The translations under genes and the position numbers were made by a program. Under the pieces are notes generated by a model that worked only from the letters and a program-made list of their open reading frames with translations, did not search any database and was not told where the DNA came from. This document shows positions 21,040-30,287 of a stretch of DNA of 59,259 nt, one piece after another (the first letter of the stretch is position 1; every line of letters starts with the position of its first letter). The stretch is from positions 1-59,259 of the forward strand of contig JBEHXS010000001.1 of the NCBI GenBank assembly GCA_048498575.1, given 5' to 3'. The DNA is from Pseudomonadota bacterium. Lineage in GTDB: Bacteria; Pseudomonadota; Alphaproteobacteria; Rhizobiales; Kaistiaceae.

Positions 21040-22965
21040 TCAGGCGACTTGTGGTTGGCCGAGCTTCGTCCAGGCGTTGGTCAGCGCAGCGAAGCGCGAG
21101 GCCATGTCGTCGATGGCTTCCTCGTCGCTCATCCGGCGAGCGAACCACGCCTTGGCGGCATCTGCAAAGATGGTGCGCCCGACGGCGAAGCCCTTGACGC
21201 TCGGCACCGGCTTGGCCGCGGCAAATGCCGCTTCCAGCGCCGCTGCCGGGGCATCGAGACCGAGCAGCACGACGCCGCGGCACCACGGATCGTTGTCGCG
21301 GATGACGCGGTCGATCGCCGCCCACGCCGCGCGCGAGGCCTGCGGCTCGAGCTTCCACCAGTCGGGCTTGATGCCGAGCGCGTAGATCTCGGCGAGCGCG
21401 CGGGCGACGGTATCTTCGCCGAGCGGCCCATTCTTGCCGGCGATGATCTCGATCAGCAGCTCGCGGCCGATCTTGCGCGCTGCATCGTAAAGCGCGCGGA
21501 GCTTCTCGCTCTGCTCTTGTTTCAGCTCGGCCGGATCGTCCGGGTGATAGAAGCATAGGCACTTGATGGTGTGGTCGACCGGCCACTCGACGAGCCGCGA
21601 CCCGGCGTCCTGCGAGAATTCGAAACGCAGCGGACGCGAGCCCGGCTCCTCCACCGGCTTGGCGATCCACAGGCGATGCCTAGCCGCAGCGAAGATCGCC
21701 TCACGGCCGTGCTTGTCGTCGATGAGCACGCCGAAGCCTGGCCGGCCTTGCGCGACGCGCGCCGCAGCCTCGACGGCCAGCCGCTTGAACGCGCCGATGC
21801 GGTCGTCGTTAGCGCCGGCATCAGCCGCCAGGCTTTCCAGCGGGGCGCGGTGGTCGATGGCGAGCGCCATCATCACCGGATAGTCGCCACGCCGGGTGGT
21901 CGCCCAGTGAATATGGTTCAGCGCCGGGTCCTTGCGGAGCGCGAGATACGGGCTGCCGTTCTTGAGGAAGTATTGCAGCTCCTCGAAGGTGGCGTTCTCC
22001 GGCGAGCACATCAGCCGCGAGACGGTGATGGCGCCGCAGGCATTGGCCCAGGTAGCGGAAATCGCGTGCGGCTCGCCGCGGAGCCAGCCGCGCACGAACC
22101 CGGACATGAAGGCATCGCCGGCGCCCAGCACGTTGTACACCTCGATCGGGAAGCCGCGGCCGACGATGCCGGTTTCGATATCCGTGATCGGCCCGTCATA
22201 GACGATACAGCCCATCGGGCCGCGCTTCAGCACGATCACCGCCGGGCTGGCGGCGCGGATCGTCTTCAGCGCGGCCAGCAGGTCGGTCTCGCCGGAAGCG
22301 ATCAGCACCTCCTCTTCCGTGCCCACGATGAGATCGCATTCGGCAAGCACCGGACGGAGATGGGCCGACACCTCCGCCGAGGCGATGTAGCGCGCGTCGC
22401 CGGCGGCATGACCGGCGAGCCCCCAGAGATTCGGGCGGTAGTCGATGTCGAAGATGACCTTGCGGCCGTGCTCACGCGCAATCCGCATCGCCTTGCGCTG
22501 CGCAGCCGCGACGTTGGGCTGGGAGAAGTGCGTGCCGGTAACCAGCACAGCCTTCGCCGAGGCAATGAACGCCGGATCGATGTCGCCCTCTTCCAGCGCC
22601 ATGTCGGCGCAGTTGTCGCGATAGAAGATGAGCGGGAAGCTTTTGTCGCTCTCGACCGAGAGCAGGACGAGCGCCGTCAGGCGCTTCGGATCGGTGACGA
22701 CACCGGCGGTCGCGACGCCCTCGCGCGTGAGCTGCTCGCGGATGAAATAGCCGAGCTGCTCGTCGCCGACGCGGGTGATCAGCGCCGACTTCAGGCCGAG
22801 GCGCGCCGAGCCGATGGCGATGTTGGCGGGGCAGCCGCCGACCGATTTCGCGAAGCTGCCGACATCCTCGAGGCGAGTGCCGATCTGCTGCCCGTATAGG
22901 TCAACCGAGCAGCGTCCGATCGTGATCAGATCGAGGAGCGGCGCGGTCGATGCCCGGCTATCCAT
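21040..22965 (-). CDS. iolC: fused 5-dehydro-2-deoxygluconokinase (PfkB) / DUF2090 aldolase-like domain
   Basis: 641 aa. The N-terminal ~330 aa form a PfkB ribokinase fold (GAGDAF, DTxGAGD-like). The C-terminal ~300 aa form a class I aldolase-like DUF2090 domain, as in rhizobial long IolC proteins. Confidence 0.88.
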   Translation of the reverse strand: MDSRASTAPLLDLITIGRCSVDLYGQQIGTRLEDVGSFAKSVGGCPANIAIGSARLGLKSALITRVGDEQLGYFIREQLTREGVATAGVVTDPKRLTALVLLSVESDKSFPLIFYRDNCADMALEEGDIDPAFIASAKAVLVTGTHFSQPNVAAAQRKAMRIAREHGRKVIFDIDYRPNLWGLAGHAAGDARYIASAEVSAHLRPVLAECDLIVGTEEEVLIASGETDLLAALKTIRAASPAVIVLKRGPMGCIVYDGPITDIETGIVGRGFPIEVYNVLGAGDAFMSGFVRGWLRGEPHAISATWANACGAITVSRLMCSPENATFEELQYFLKNGSPYLALRKDPALNHIHWATTRRGDYPVMMALAIDHRAPLESLAADAGANDDRIGAFKRLAVEAAARVAQGRPGFGVLIDDKHGREAIFAAARHRLWIAKPVEEPGSRPLRFEFSQDAGSRLVEWPVDHTIKCLCFYHPDDPAELKQEQSEKLRALYDAARKIGRELLIEIIAGKNGPLGEDTVARALAEIYALGIKPDWWKLEPQASRAAWAAIDRVIRDNDPWCRGVVLLGLDAPAAALEAAFAAAKPVPSVKGFAVGRTIFADAAKAWFARRMSDEEAIDDMASRFAALTNAWTKLGQPQVA

Positions 22966-23027
22966 CCTTGTTCGGCGCTCCTGCGAAATCGGCGGAAATT
23001 GGCCGATAACTCACGCTTCTTGTTACC

Positions 23028-23041
23028 GGAAACGAAATACC
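23028..23041. promoter_or_regulatory. near-match IolR-box (GGAA-N6-TACC) overlapping the predicted iolC -10
   Basis: GGAAACGAAATACC, with one mismatch to GGAA-N6-TTCC. Confidence 0.35.
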
Positions 23042-23061
23042 AGTTACACCCAACCGTCAAG
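23034..23061 (-). promoter_or_regulatory. sigma70-like promoter for iolC (CTTGAC-N16-TATTTC on the minus strand)
   Basis: The reverse complement of 23056-23061 is CTTGAC and of 23034-23039 is TATTTC, with a 16-nt spacer. It lies about 70-95 nt upstream of the iolC ATG. The segment is homologous to 31431-31465. Confidence 0.4.
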
Positions 23062-23079
23062 ATAGAACATTCATTCTAT
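23062..23079. promoter_or_regulatory. palindrome ATAGAA-N6-TTCTAT (degenerate IolR-box geometry) abutting the iolC -35
   Basis: ATAGAACATTCATTCTAT has perfect 6-bp arms and the same N6 spacing as GGAA-N6-TTCC. It lies 3 nt from the iolR stop. Confidence 0.4.
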
Positions 23080-23082
23080 CGG

Positions 23083-23922
23083 CTATTCGCGCGCACTGGC
23101 GACCGCAACCGTGAGGGCCATGCAGAGCGCCATCGACGCCGACAGCGAGCGGAAACCGGCGTTGTCGGCCTCCGCCACTTCCAGCCATTCCGTCGCGACC
23201 TCGGTGAGCGGACTGAAGCTCGAATCGGTGATCGCGACCAGCGGCGTGCCTGCCTGGACGATTCCCTTGGCGAGCGCCACCGTTTCGGCGGAGTACGTCG
23301 TGAAGCTGACCGCGATCGCGGCGTCCTTTGCCGTCGCCATCGCCGCAATCTCGGGGTCGGTTGCGGTCGGCGAATTCACGAGGTGCGTGCGCACGCCGAG
23401 CTTGCTGAAGCCGTAGGCCATGTAGCTGGTGAGCGGAAACGAGCGCCGGCGGGCGATGAGATAGATGGTGTCGGCGCGCGCCAGGATTTCGACCGATCGG
23501 CGAAAGCGCACGGGGTTGATGCCCTCGGCGAGCTTATCGATGGAGCGCGACGCGGCGCCGAGAAAGCCGTCGAGAATCTCGATCTCGGGCCGTGCGCCAT
23601 GGCGCCGCTCGCGGATCGTGCGCAGGCGCTCGGCATAGGGCGACGGGCGGTCGCGGAGGCGCTCGCGAAACACGCGCTGCAGGTCCGAGAAACCCTCGTA
23701 GCCGAACTGGTGCGCGAAGCGGACCAGCGTCGACGGCTGGACGTGCGCAGCGGTGGCGATACTTGCCGCCGTGCCAAACGCGATTTCGTCGGGATGCTCC
23801 AGCGCGTATTTGCCGACCTGCGACAGGCGCTTGGGCAGCGAGGGAAGCTCGCGCCCGACGATGGCGCGGAGGCTGTCGAAATCCCGCGGGGCGGCAGGCG
23901 CCACGTCAACCCGTTCGTTCAT
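23083..23922 (-). CDS. iolR: RpiR/MurR-family repressor of inositol catabolism
   Basis: 279 aa with an N-terminal HTH_6-like region and a C-terminal SIS domain. It lies directly upstream of iolCDEB. Confidence 0.85.
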   Translation of the reverse strand: MNERVDVAPAAPRDFDSLRAIVGRELPSLPKRLSQVGKYALEHPDEIAFGTAASIATAAHVQPSTLVRFAHQFGYEGFSDLQRVFRERLRDRPSPYAERLRTIRERRHGARPEIEILDGFLGAASRSIDKLAEGINPVRFRRSVEILARADTIYLIARRRSFPLTSYMAYGFSKLGVRTHLVNSPTATDPEIAAMATAKDAAIAVSFTTYSAETVALAKGIVQAGTPLVAITDSSFSPLTEVATEWLEVAEADNAGFRSLSASMALCMALTVAVASARE

Positions 23923-23989
23923 CGCGATCTCGCTTCACTGGCCGTGCGCCCATAGGCGGCACTGGCGGCGCCGGCCGCCCGATGCCATG

Positions 23990-24007
23990 ATGGAACGAAC
24001 GTTCCAT
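23990..24007. promoter_or_regulatory. IolR-box: ATGGAACGAACGTTCCAT (GGAA-N6-TTCC with extended arms)
   Basis: It lies in the 122-bp divergent region between iolR (start 23922) and the oxidoreductase gene (start 24045). Confidence 0.6.
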
Positions 24008-24044
24008 TTCAACAAGAGCATGCCGTTTCGGGGGAAGGCAAAGC

Positions 24045-25181
24045 ATGGAAACCGTTACGAAAACCTTGGGCGTCGGGTTAATCGGCAGCGGATTCATGGG
24101 CAAATGCCATGCGCTGGCGTGGAATTCCGTGACGCCGGTGTTCGGCGACGGCCCTCGCCCGCGGCTCGCCCACCTCGCCGACGTTTCGGCCGACTTAGCC
24201 GGCAAACGAGCCACCGAGTTCGGCTTCGCCCGTTCCAGCGGCGACTGGCAGGCGCTGATCGCCGACCCGGAGGTCGACGTCGTCTCGGTCACCGCGCCAA
24301 ACGCCTTCCATCCGGAGATGGCGATTGCGGCGCTCGAGGCCGGCAAGCACGTATGGTGCGAGAAGCCGATGGCGCCGAAGCTCGCCGACGCGATCCGCAT
24401 GCGCGACGCGGCGCGACGCGGCGGCAAGGTCGCGATCCTCGGCTACAACTACATCCAGAACCCGGCGATCCGGCATATTCGCGCCCTCCTCGACGCCGGC
24501 GCGATCGGCAAGGTCAATCACGTCCGCATCGAGATGGACGAAGACTTCATGGCCGACCCCGAGGGCTTGTTCTTCTGGAAGAACGAATCGACCTCCGGCT
24601 ACGGCGCGCTCGACGACTTCGCCGTCCATCCGCTGTCGCTGCTCTCCACCCTGATCGGGCTGCCGGCACGCGTTATCACCAACCAAGCGAAGCCCTATGC
24701 CGACCGGCCGCTGGCCAAGGGCGGGCGCCGCGCCCTCGAGACCTACGACATCGCCTCGACGCTGTTCGAGATGGACGGCGGCATCAGCGGCATCCTTGCC
24801 GTCAACCGCTCGGCATGGGGACGCAAGGGGCGCATCGCCATCCAGATCTTCGGCGGCCGCGGTACGATCGCCTACGACCAGGAGCGCATGAACGAGGTGC
24901 AGCTGTTCACGATCGACGGCGCGCCGGCCGAGCAAGGGTTCCGCACCATCCTCTCCGCGCCGGTGCATGAGCCATACGACCGGTTCATCCCGGCGCCGGG
25001 CCACGGGCTGGGCTTCAACGACCTGAAGACGATCGAGTGCCACCAGCTGATCAACCGGATCATGGGCAAGCCCGCCGTCGTCATCGATTTCGACACGGGC
25101 GTCGAGATCGAGCGGACGGTGCACGCCATGGCGCGCTCGCACGAAGAGCGCCGGTGGACGGGTGTCGCCGACGTGAAGTAA
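24045..25181 (+). CDS. Gfo/Idh/MocA-family oxidoreductase (IolY-like position, divergent from iolR)
   Basis: 378 aa with Rossmann motif GLIGSGFMGKCHA and the EKP motif (CEKPM). Confidence 0.8.
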   Translation: METVTKTLGVGLIGSGFMGKCHALAWNSVTPVFGDGPRPRLAHLADVSADLAGKRATEFGFARSSGDWQALIADPEVDVVSVTAPNAFHPEMAIAALEAGKHVWCEKPMAPKLADAIRMRDAARRGGKVAILGYNYIQNPAIRHIRALLDAGAIGKVNHVRIEMDEDFMADPEGLFFWKNESTSGYGALDDFAVHPLSLLSTLIGLPARVITNQAKPYADRPLAKGGRRALETYDIASTLFEMDGGISGILAVNRSAWGRKGRIAIQIFGGRGTIAYDQERMNEVQLFTIDGAPAEQGFRTILSAPVHEPYDRFIPAPGHGLGFNDLKTIECHQLINRIMGKPAVVIDFDTGVEIERTVHAMARSHEERRWTGVADVK

Positions 25182-25202
25182 CGCGGGCGGTGTGCGCGCT
25201 GC

Positions 25203-26102
25203 TTACGGCGCGACGGTAAAGCCGGCCTGGAGCGCCATGCGCACGAGATTGGCGAAGCCAAGCCGGGCGTAGGTCAGCGGATGCGCCTTGCCGGGATCCT
25301 GTTCGGCCTCGCAGACCAGCCAGCCGGCGTAGCCGGCGCCATGCAGGATGCCGAGCAGACGCGGGAAATCGATGAAGCCGTCGCCGGGCACGGTGAACAC
25401 GCCGTCGAGCACCGCCTGCATGAAGCTTTCGTCGCTCGCCCGCGCCTTGGCGAGCAGATCCTTGCGCGCGTCCTTGCAGTGAACGTGGACGACGCGCTTC
25501 ACATGGCGCGTCAGCAGCGCGACCGGATCGCCGCCCGAGAAGACACAATGGCCGGTATCGTAGAGCAGGCCGACCGCCGGGCCGGTCGCCGCCATCAGCC
25601 GGTCGACCTCGGCGTCAGTCTCGACGATCGTGCCCATGTGGTGGTGGAACGCCATGCCGACGCCGAATTCGGCCATGCGCTCGGCGAGCGCCGTCAGCCG
25701 CTTGCCGTAGGGCGTCCACTCGCCGTCCGCCAGCTTCGGCCGCCGCGAGATCGGCGCGAACAGGTCGCCCTCCGCGCGGCGCGAGGTGTCGGCATAGACC
25801 ACATGGGTTGAGCCGAGATCGCGGAGCAGCGTCATGTGCGGCAGGATCGCTTCCCACTCCGCATCGAGCTCGCGTTCGAGAATGCGGCCGTCGTACCAGC
25901 CCGAGGTGAGCACCAGCCCGTGCTTCCTGAGCAGCGGTCCGAGCTCTTTCGCCGTCTTGGGAAACTGGAAGCTCATCTCGGTTCCGGCGAAACCGGCGAG
26001 CCGCGTTTCCGACAGGATGGTCTCCAGCGATGTGCCCGCCCCCAGCGAAGGCATGTCGTCGTTGACCCAGGTGATGGGGTTGATGGCGAGGCGCACGGCC
26101 AT
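25203..26102 (-). CDS. IolE paralogue (inosose dehydratase-like TIM barrel; MocC-like)
   Basis: 299 aa, colinear by eye with the iolE product at 18225-19142. Compare AINPITWVNDDM with SPIAWWNDDL, HHHMGTIVET with HHHMGAVVQT, FTVPGDGFIDF with FTVPGDGSLDF, and GWLVCEAEQDP with GWFVVEAEQDP. Confidence 0.8.
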   Translation of the reverse strand: MAVRLAINPITWVNDDMPSLGAGTSLETILSETRLAGFAGTEMSFQFPKTAKELGPLLRKHGLVLTSGWYDGRILERELDAEWEAILPHMTLLRDLGSTHVVYADTSRRAEGDLFAPISRRPKLADGEWTPYGKRLTALAERMAEFGVGMAFHHHMGTIVETDAEVDRLMAATGPAVGLLYDTGHCVFSGGDPVALLTRHVKRVVHVHCKDARKDLLAKARASDESFMQAVLDGVFTVPGDGFIDFPRLLGILHGAGYAGWLVCEAEQDPGKAHPLTYARLGFANLVRMALQAGFTVAP

Positions 26103-26147
26103 GACTGAATTCTCCCGTATGATCGAACGACGAAGCGCTGTGGCGCA

Positions 26148-26966
26148 CTATTTGACGGCGCCCAGCGTCAGGCCGCGCACGAGATGGCGCTGCACGACGA
26201 GCGCGAAGATGACGATGGGCAGCGCGCCGATGACGCCTGCGGCGGACATCGACGCCCAGTCGGTATCGATGCGCCCGATGAGGGTCGCGGTGCCGCGCGG
26301 CATGGTCATGGCCCGCGGCGTCGCGGTCAGCACCAGCGCAAACAGGAATTCGTTGAAGGTGACAATGATGGCGAAGATCGCGGTTGCCGCGAGACCCGGC
26401 GCCGCCAGCGGCAGCACGATGCGGCGGAACGCCGTGAAGCGCGAATCGCCATCGACCATCGCCGCCTCCTCGAGATCGACCGGAATCTCGCGGAAGAAGC
26501 TCTCCATCATCCAGACACAGAAGGTGATGTTGAGCGCCGTGTACGTGAGGATGAGGCCGAGCCAGGTGTCGAGCAGGCTGAGCCGGAGCATCAGGAGGTA
26601 GATCGGAATGAGGATGACCACCGGCGGGACGATGCGCAGCGTGAGCAGCGACAGCCCGACCCAGCGCTCAAGCTGGAAACGCAGGCGGAAGCGCGCGATG
26701 GCGTAGGCGCCAAGCGAACCCGCCGCCAGCGCCAGGACGACGGAGATGGCGGTGACCACGACGGAATTCAGCAGGAAGTGGCCGAACTGCTTTTCGGAAA
26801 ACAGGTGGACGTAGTTGCCGATGGTCGGCGCGTGCGGATAGAGCGTGCCGTCCTGCGTGATCTCGCGGTTGGGTTTCAGCGAGGTCGACACCATCCAGTA
26901 GATCGGCAACAGCACGATCACCAGGATGACGACGGTCGTCACCGCCCGGGCGATGCGCGCGATCAC
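26148..26966 (-). CDS. CUT1 carbohydrate ABC transporter permease (MalG/UgpE-like)
   Basis: The GTG start at 26966 overlaps the upstream stop (GTGA). 272 aa with the EAA loop EAAMVDGDSRFTAFRRIVLP. The 533-aa track ORF is a frame read-through artefact. Confidence 0.85.
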   Translation of the reverse strand: MIARIARAVTTVVILVIVLLPIYWMVSTSLKPNREITQDGTLYPHAPTIGNYVHLFSEKQFGHFLLNSVVVTAISVVLALAAGSLGAYAIARFRLRFQLERWVGLSLLTLRIVPPVVILIPIYLLMLRLSLLDTWLGLILTYTALNITFCVWMMESFFREIPVDLEEAAMVDGDSRFTAFRRIVLPLAAPGLAATAIFAIIVTFNEFLFALVLTATPRAMTMPRGTATLIGRIDTDWASMSAAGVIGALPIVIFALVVQRHLVRGLTLGAVK

Positions 26967-27874
26967 GACGACGCCTCGACGCGACGGAGCAGCCGCACGG
27001 CGGCGAGCGCCAGCGCCAACACGATGATGCCCATGGTGACGAACAGCGCCGCGGCATAGCCGGTCTGCTGGAACTTGAAGGCGGTGTTGTAGCCGAAGAT
27101 CGAGAGCAGCAGCGTCGACTGGCCGGGCCCGCCGCCGGTGAGCACGAACACCTGGTCGAAGGTGCCGAACGCATCGATGGTGCGGAGCACGATCGCCACC
27201 GCGATCACCGGCCGCAGCATCGGTAGCGTGTGGTCGACGAAGGTGCGCCACGGCCCGGCGCCATCGACCCGCGCCGCCTCGAACGGTTCGACCGGCAGCG
27301 ATTGCAGCCCGGCGAGCAGGATGAGAAACATCAACGGCGTCCATTCCCAGACGTCGAGGGCGACGAGGCCGAGGAACGCCGGCCACGGCTGGCCGAGAAT
27401 CTGCACCGGCTGGCCGCCGAGCGCCTCCGAGAAGGCAGTGAGCATGCCGGCGTCGCTGGCGTAGATCAGGCGAAAGACGATCGCGACCACCACCGGCGTG
27501 ATGACCATGGGGATGATGAGCATCGTGCGCAGCAGCCGCATGCCGCGAAACTCGCGCACGCAGAACAGCGCCAGCGCCAGTCCGATGATCGTCTCGAAGA
27601 TCACCGCGAGCGTGACGAAGCTGACCGTCACCCACAGCGAGTTCAGGAATTCCGGGTCGCTCCACAGGCGGATGTAGTTGTCGAAGCCGACGGCGCGGAG
27701 CGGCTTGCCGAAGCGATAGAACAGCGTGGTGGCGCGGAGGCCGTCCCAAAGCGGGTAGACAAGGACGCCGAGCGCGATGAGCACGCTCGGCGCCAGTAGC
27801 AGATAGGGCAGGATGAGATCGAGCCCCGCCCCTTGCAGGCGCTCACGACGAACGACGGGAGCGCCCGCAGACAT
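26963..27874 (-). CDS. CUT1 carbohydrate ABC transporter permease (MalF/UgpA-like)
   Basis: Trimmed to the Met at 27874 (MSAGAPVVRRERLQ...), whose ATG overlaps the binding-protein stop. 303 aa with the EAA loop FEAARVDGAGPWRTF. Confidence 0.85.
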   Translation of the reverse strand: MSAGAPVVRRERLQGAGLDLILPYLLLAPSVLIALGVLVYPLWDGLRATTLFYRFGKPLRAVGFDNYIRLWSDPEFLNSLWVTVSFVTLAVIFETIIGLALALFCVREFRGMRLLRTMLIIPMVITPVVVAIVFRLIYASDAGMLTAFSEALGGQPVQILGQPWPAFLGLVALDVWEWTPLMFLILLAGLQSLPVEPFEAARVDGAGPWRTFVDHTLPMLRPVIAVAIVLRTIDAFGTFDQVFVLTGGGPGQSTLLLSIFGYNTAFKFQQTGYAAALFVTMGIIVLALALAAVRLLRRVEASS

Positions 27875-29193
27875 TAGTAGTAGCCGGCCTGCTTCAGGTA
27901 GTCGGTAACCTGGCCAGCCGCGACGTCGAGTGCGTCGCCGCCGCCGGAGCCGGCCTGCAAGGCCTTGTTGAGCTGAACGCCGAGAAGCTCCTCGACCTTG
28001 GCCCAATCAGGCATGCGCGGACGCGGCAAGGCGCCGGCATCGAGCTGCTGAAGGGCGACCGGGATCAGCCGGTTGCCGGGATCCTTCACCGCGAAGCCCG
28101 AACGGGTGACCGGGATCGACCCGGCTTCCGCGAGCTTCGCCTGCGTGTCGGCGCTCGTGTACCACTTGAGGAAGTCGATCGCGACCTGCTTGTTCGGCGC
28201 CGACTTCGGCACACCGGCAATGAAGATTCCGATCTGCGCGATCGCCTTCTCCACCTTCGGCACGACACCGAAGTCGAGCTTGCCGGGCACCTTCGTCTGC
28301 GCCGGATCGTCCGCCTTCAGGGCGTTGCCGGAGTATTGAACGATCGCGCCGGCATCGCCGCCGAGGATCGCCGCACCTTCCTGGTCGGAGTCGAACTCGA
28401 CCACGCCGGGAGGTGCGTTCTGCTTCATGGTGCCGACGAAGAATTCGGCCGCCGCCTTGCCCTTGGCGTTGTTGAAGGTGACGTTCCACTTGTCGTCGAA
28501 GAACTCGCCGCCGTACGACAGGAAGACCGGGTACCAGCTCGTCACGATCGGGTTGCCGGAGACGCCGCGGAAGACGACCGGATACTTGATCTTGCCGGCG
28601 GCGACGCCTTCCTTGCCCTTGGCGATGAGATCGTCCCACGTCTTGGGCGCGCCGTCGGTGAAGACGTCGTTGCGGTAAGTCAGAGTCTGCAGGTCGCCGA
28701 CGAACGGCACGGTGACCAGCGTCGGCGTCGCGGTTTCGAAGCCCTTGACGCGCGGGCCCTGGCGCGGCGGCCAGAAGCCCATGTCGATCAGCGGCCCGAC
28801 CCAGTCGCTGTTGGAACCGTCGATACCGGCGGCGCCGAGATCCTCAAGCACGCCGGCGGCGCCGAACTGCGGCACCCACGGATCGTCGAGGATGTACATG
28901 TCGTATTGGCCGGCGCTGTTCTGCGCGTCGGCGAACCACTTCTCGAGCGTCACCCCGTATTCGTCTTCGAGATACGTGATGTCGAAGCCCTGGGCCTTGG
29001 CCAGCGGGATGATCTTTTCCTTGAACGGCGTCATGCCGCCATCGGCGAAGGCGCCGATGATCAGCTTGCCGCCGGCAGCCCGTGCCGGCACCGTCGAAAC
29101 GCCGCCGATCGCCGCCGTCATTGCGAGGGCAGCACCACCTTGCAGCAGTCTCCGGCGGCTTATCGGCCGCTGGAGCGGATGCTTATCAGTCAT
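27874..29193 (-). CDS. CUT1 ABC transporter extracytoplasmic solute-binding protein (Tat-type signal)
   Basis: Trimmed to the Met at 29193 (MTDKHPLQRPISRRRLLQGGAALAMTAAIG...ARA). 439 aa. The ATGA overlap couples it to the ATPase gene. Confidence 0.85.
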   Translation of the reverse strand: MTDKHPLQRPISRRRLLQGGAALAMTAAIGGVSTVPARAAGGKLIIGAFADGGMTPFKEKIIPLAKAQGFDITYLEDEYGVTLEKWFADAQNSAGQYDMYILDDPWVPQFGAAGVLEDLGAAGIDGSNSDWVGPLIDMGFWPPRQGPRVKGFETATPTLVTVPFVGDLQTLTYRNDVFTDGAPKTWDDLIAKGKEGVAAGKIKYPVVFRGVSGNPIVTSWYPVFLSYGGEFFDDKWNVTFNNAKGKAAAEFFVGTMKQNAPPGVVEFDSDQEGAAILGGDAGAIVQYSGNALKADDPAQTKVPGKLDFGVVPKVEKAIAQIGIFIAGVPKSAPNKQVAIDFLKWYTSADTQAKLAEAGSIPVTRSGFAVKDPGNRLIPVALQQLDAGALPRPRMPDWAKVEELLGVQLNKALQAGSGGGDALDVAAGQVTDYLKQAGYY

Positions 29194-30287
29194 GACTCCT
29201 CTCCCTTGTTGGGTGCGCGATGCACCACCGTATTTCCCGCCGGATCGAAGAAGCAGGCGTTGGCGGGGTCGAACATCACGCCGATCGAACATCCGATCGG
29301 CGCGGTGAAACCGCGGGTGGCGCGCACGGTGAGACGCTCGTCGCCGACCTTGAGATCGACCAGCGTCTCGTTGCCCATGGGCTCAACCACGTAAACCTCA
29401 GCGGCGAACGAGCCGGCCGCGCCCGCCGTCGCCACGGCGAGATCCTCCGGCCGGATACCGATGGCGTCGATACCCGCCGCGCGGCAGGCCGCCAGCCGCG
29501 CCGCGGGCAGAGCGAGCGTGACGCCGCCGACGTGAAGGCCGGCATCGTCGACCGCGGCGCGCAGCACGTTCATCGCCGGGCTGCCGACGAAGGTGGCGAC
29601 GAAGCGATTGGCCGGGCGGTCGTAAATCTCGTTCGGCGCAGCGAGCTGCTGCACCTCGCCGTCGCGCATGACCGCGACCAGATCGGCCATGGTGAGCGCT
29701 TCCGCCTGGTCGTGGGTCACGTAGATCGTCGTCGCGCCGAGCCGGTGGCAGAGGCGCTTGATCTCGCCGCGCATGGTGAGGCGGAGCCGCGCGTCGAGAT
29801 TGGAGAGCGGCTCGTCCATGAGAAAGGCTTGCGGCTCGCGTACGATGGCGCGGGCGAGCGCGATGCGCTGGCGCTGTCCGCCCGAGAGCTGGCGCGGATG
29901 CCGATCGAGCAGGTGATCGACCTCCAGCGCGTGGGCGACGTCCGCGACGCGCTGGGTGCGATCGGCCGGCGACATGCCACGGATGCGCAGCGGATAGGCG
30001 ATGTTGTCGGCGACCGTCATATGCGGATAGAGCGCGTAGCTCTGGAAGACCATGGCGACGTCGCGGTCGCGCGGCTGGAGACGCGTCACGTCGCGCTCGC
30101 CGATGAGCACGTGACCCGCAGTCGGGAGCTCCAGCCCGGCGAGGATGCGGAGCGCCGTCGTCTTGCCGCAGCCGGAGGGACCGAGCAGCGCCAGGAAGGC
30201 GTGATCCGGGATGCTGAGATCGAGCGAACGGAGCGCAGTGAACGCGCCAAAGCGTTTCTCGATGGCTTCGTAGCGCACCGAACTCAC
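29190..30287 (-). CDS. ABC transporter ATP-binding protein (UgpC/MalK-like)
   Basis: 365 aa with Walker A GPSGCGKTT, LSGGQRQR, Walker B FLMDEPLS and a C-terminal TOBE-like domain. Confidence 0.9.
   Translation of the reverse strand: MSSVRYEAIEKRFGAFTALRSLDLSIPDHAFLALLGPSGCGKTTALRILAGLELPTAGHVLIGERDVTRLQPRDRDVAMVFQSYALYPHMTVADNIAYPLRIRGMSPADRTQRVADVAHALEVDHLLDRHPRQLSGGQRQRIALARAIVREPQAFLMDEPLSNLDARLRLTMRGEIKRLCHRLGATTIYVTHDQAEALTMADLVAVMRDGEVQQLAAPNEIYDRPANRFVATFVGSPAMNVLRAAVDDAGLHVGGVTLALPAARLAACRAAGIDAIGIRPEDLAVATAGAAGSFAAEVYVVEPMGNETLVDLKVGDERLTVRATRGFTAPIGCSIGVMFDPANACFFDPAGNTVVHRAPNKGEES

Noticed and set aside
26148-27749. A 533-aa ORF could be read as one protein.
   Set aside because: Only the C-terminal 272 aa (from GTG 26966) look like a permease. 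The upstream part is the wrong frame of the neighbouring permease gene.
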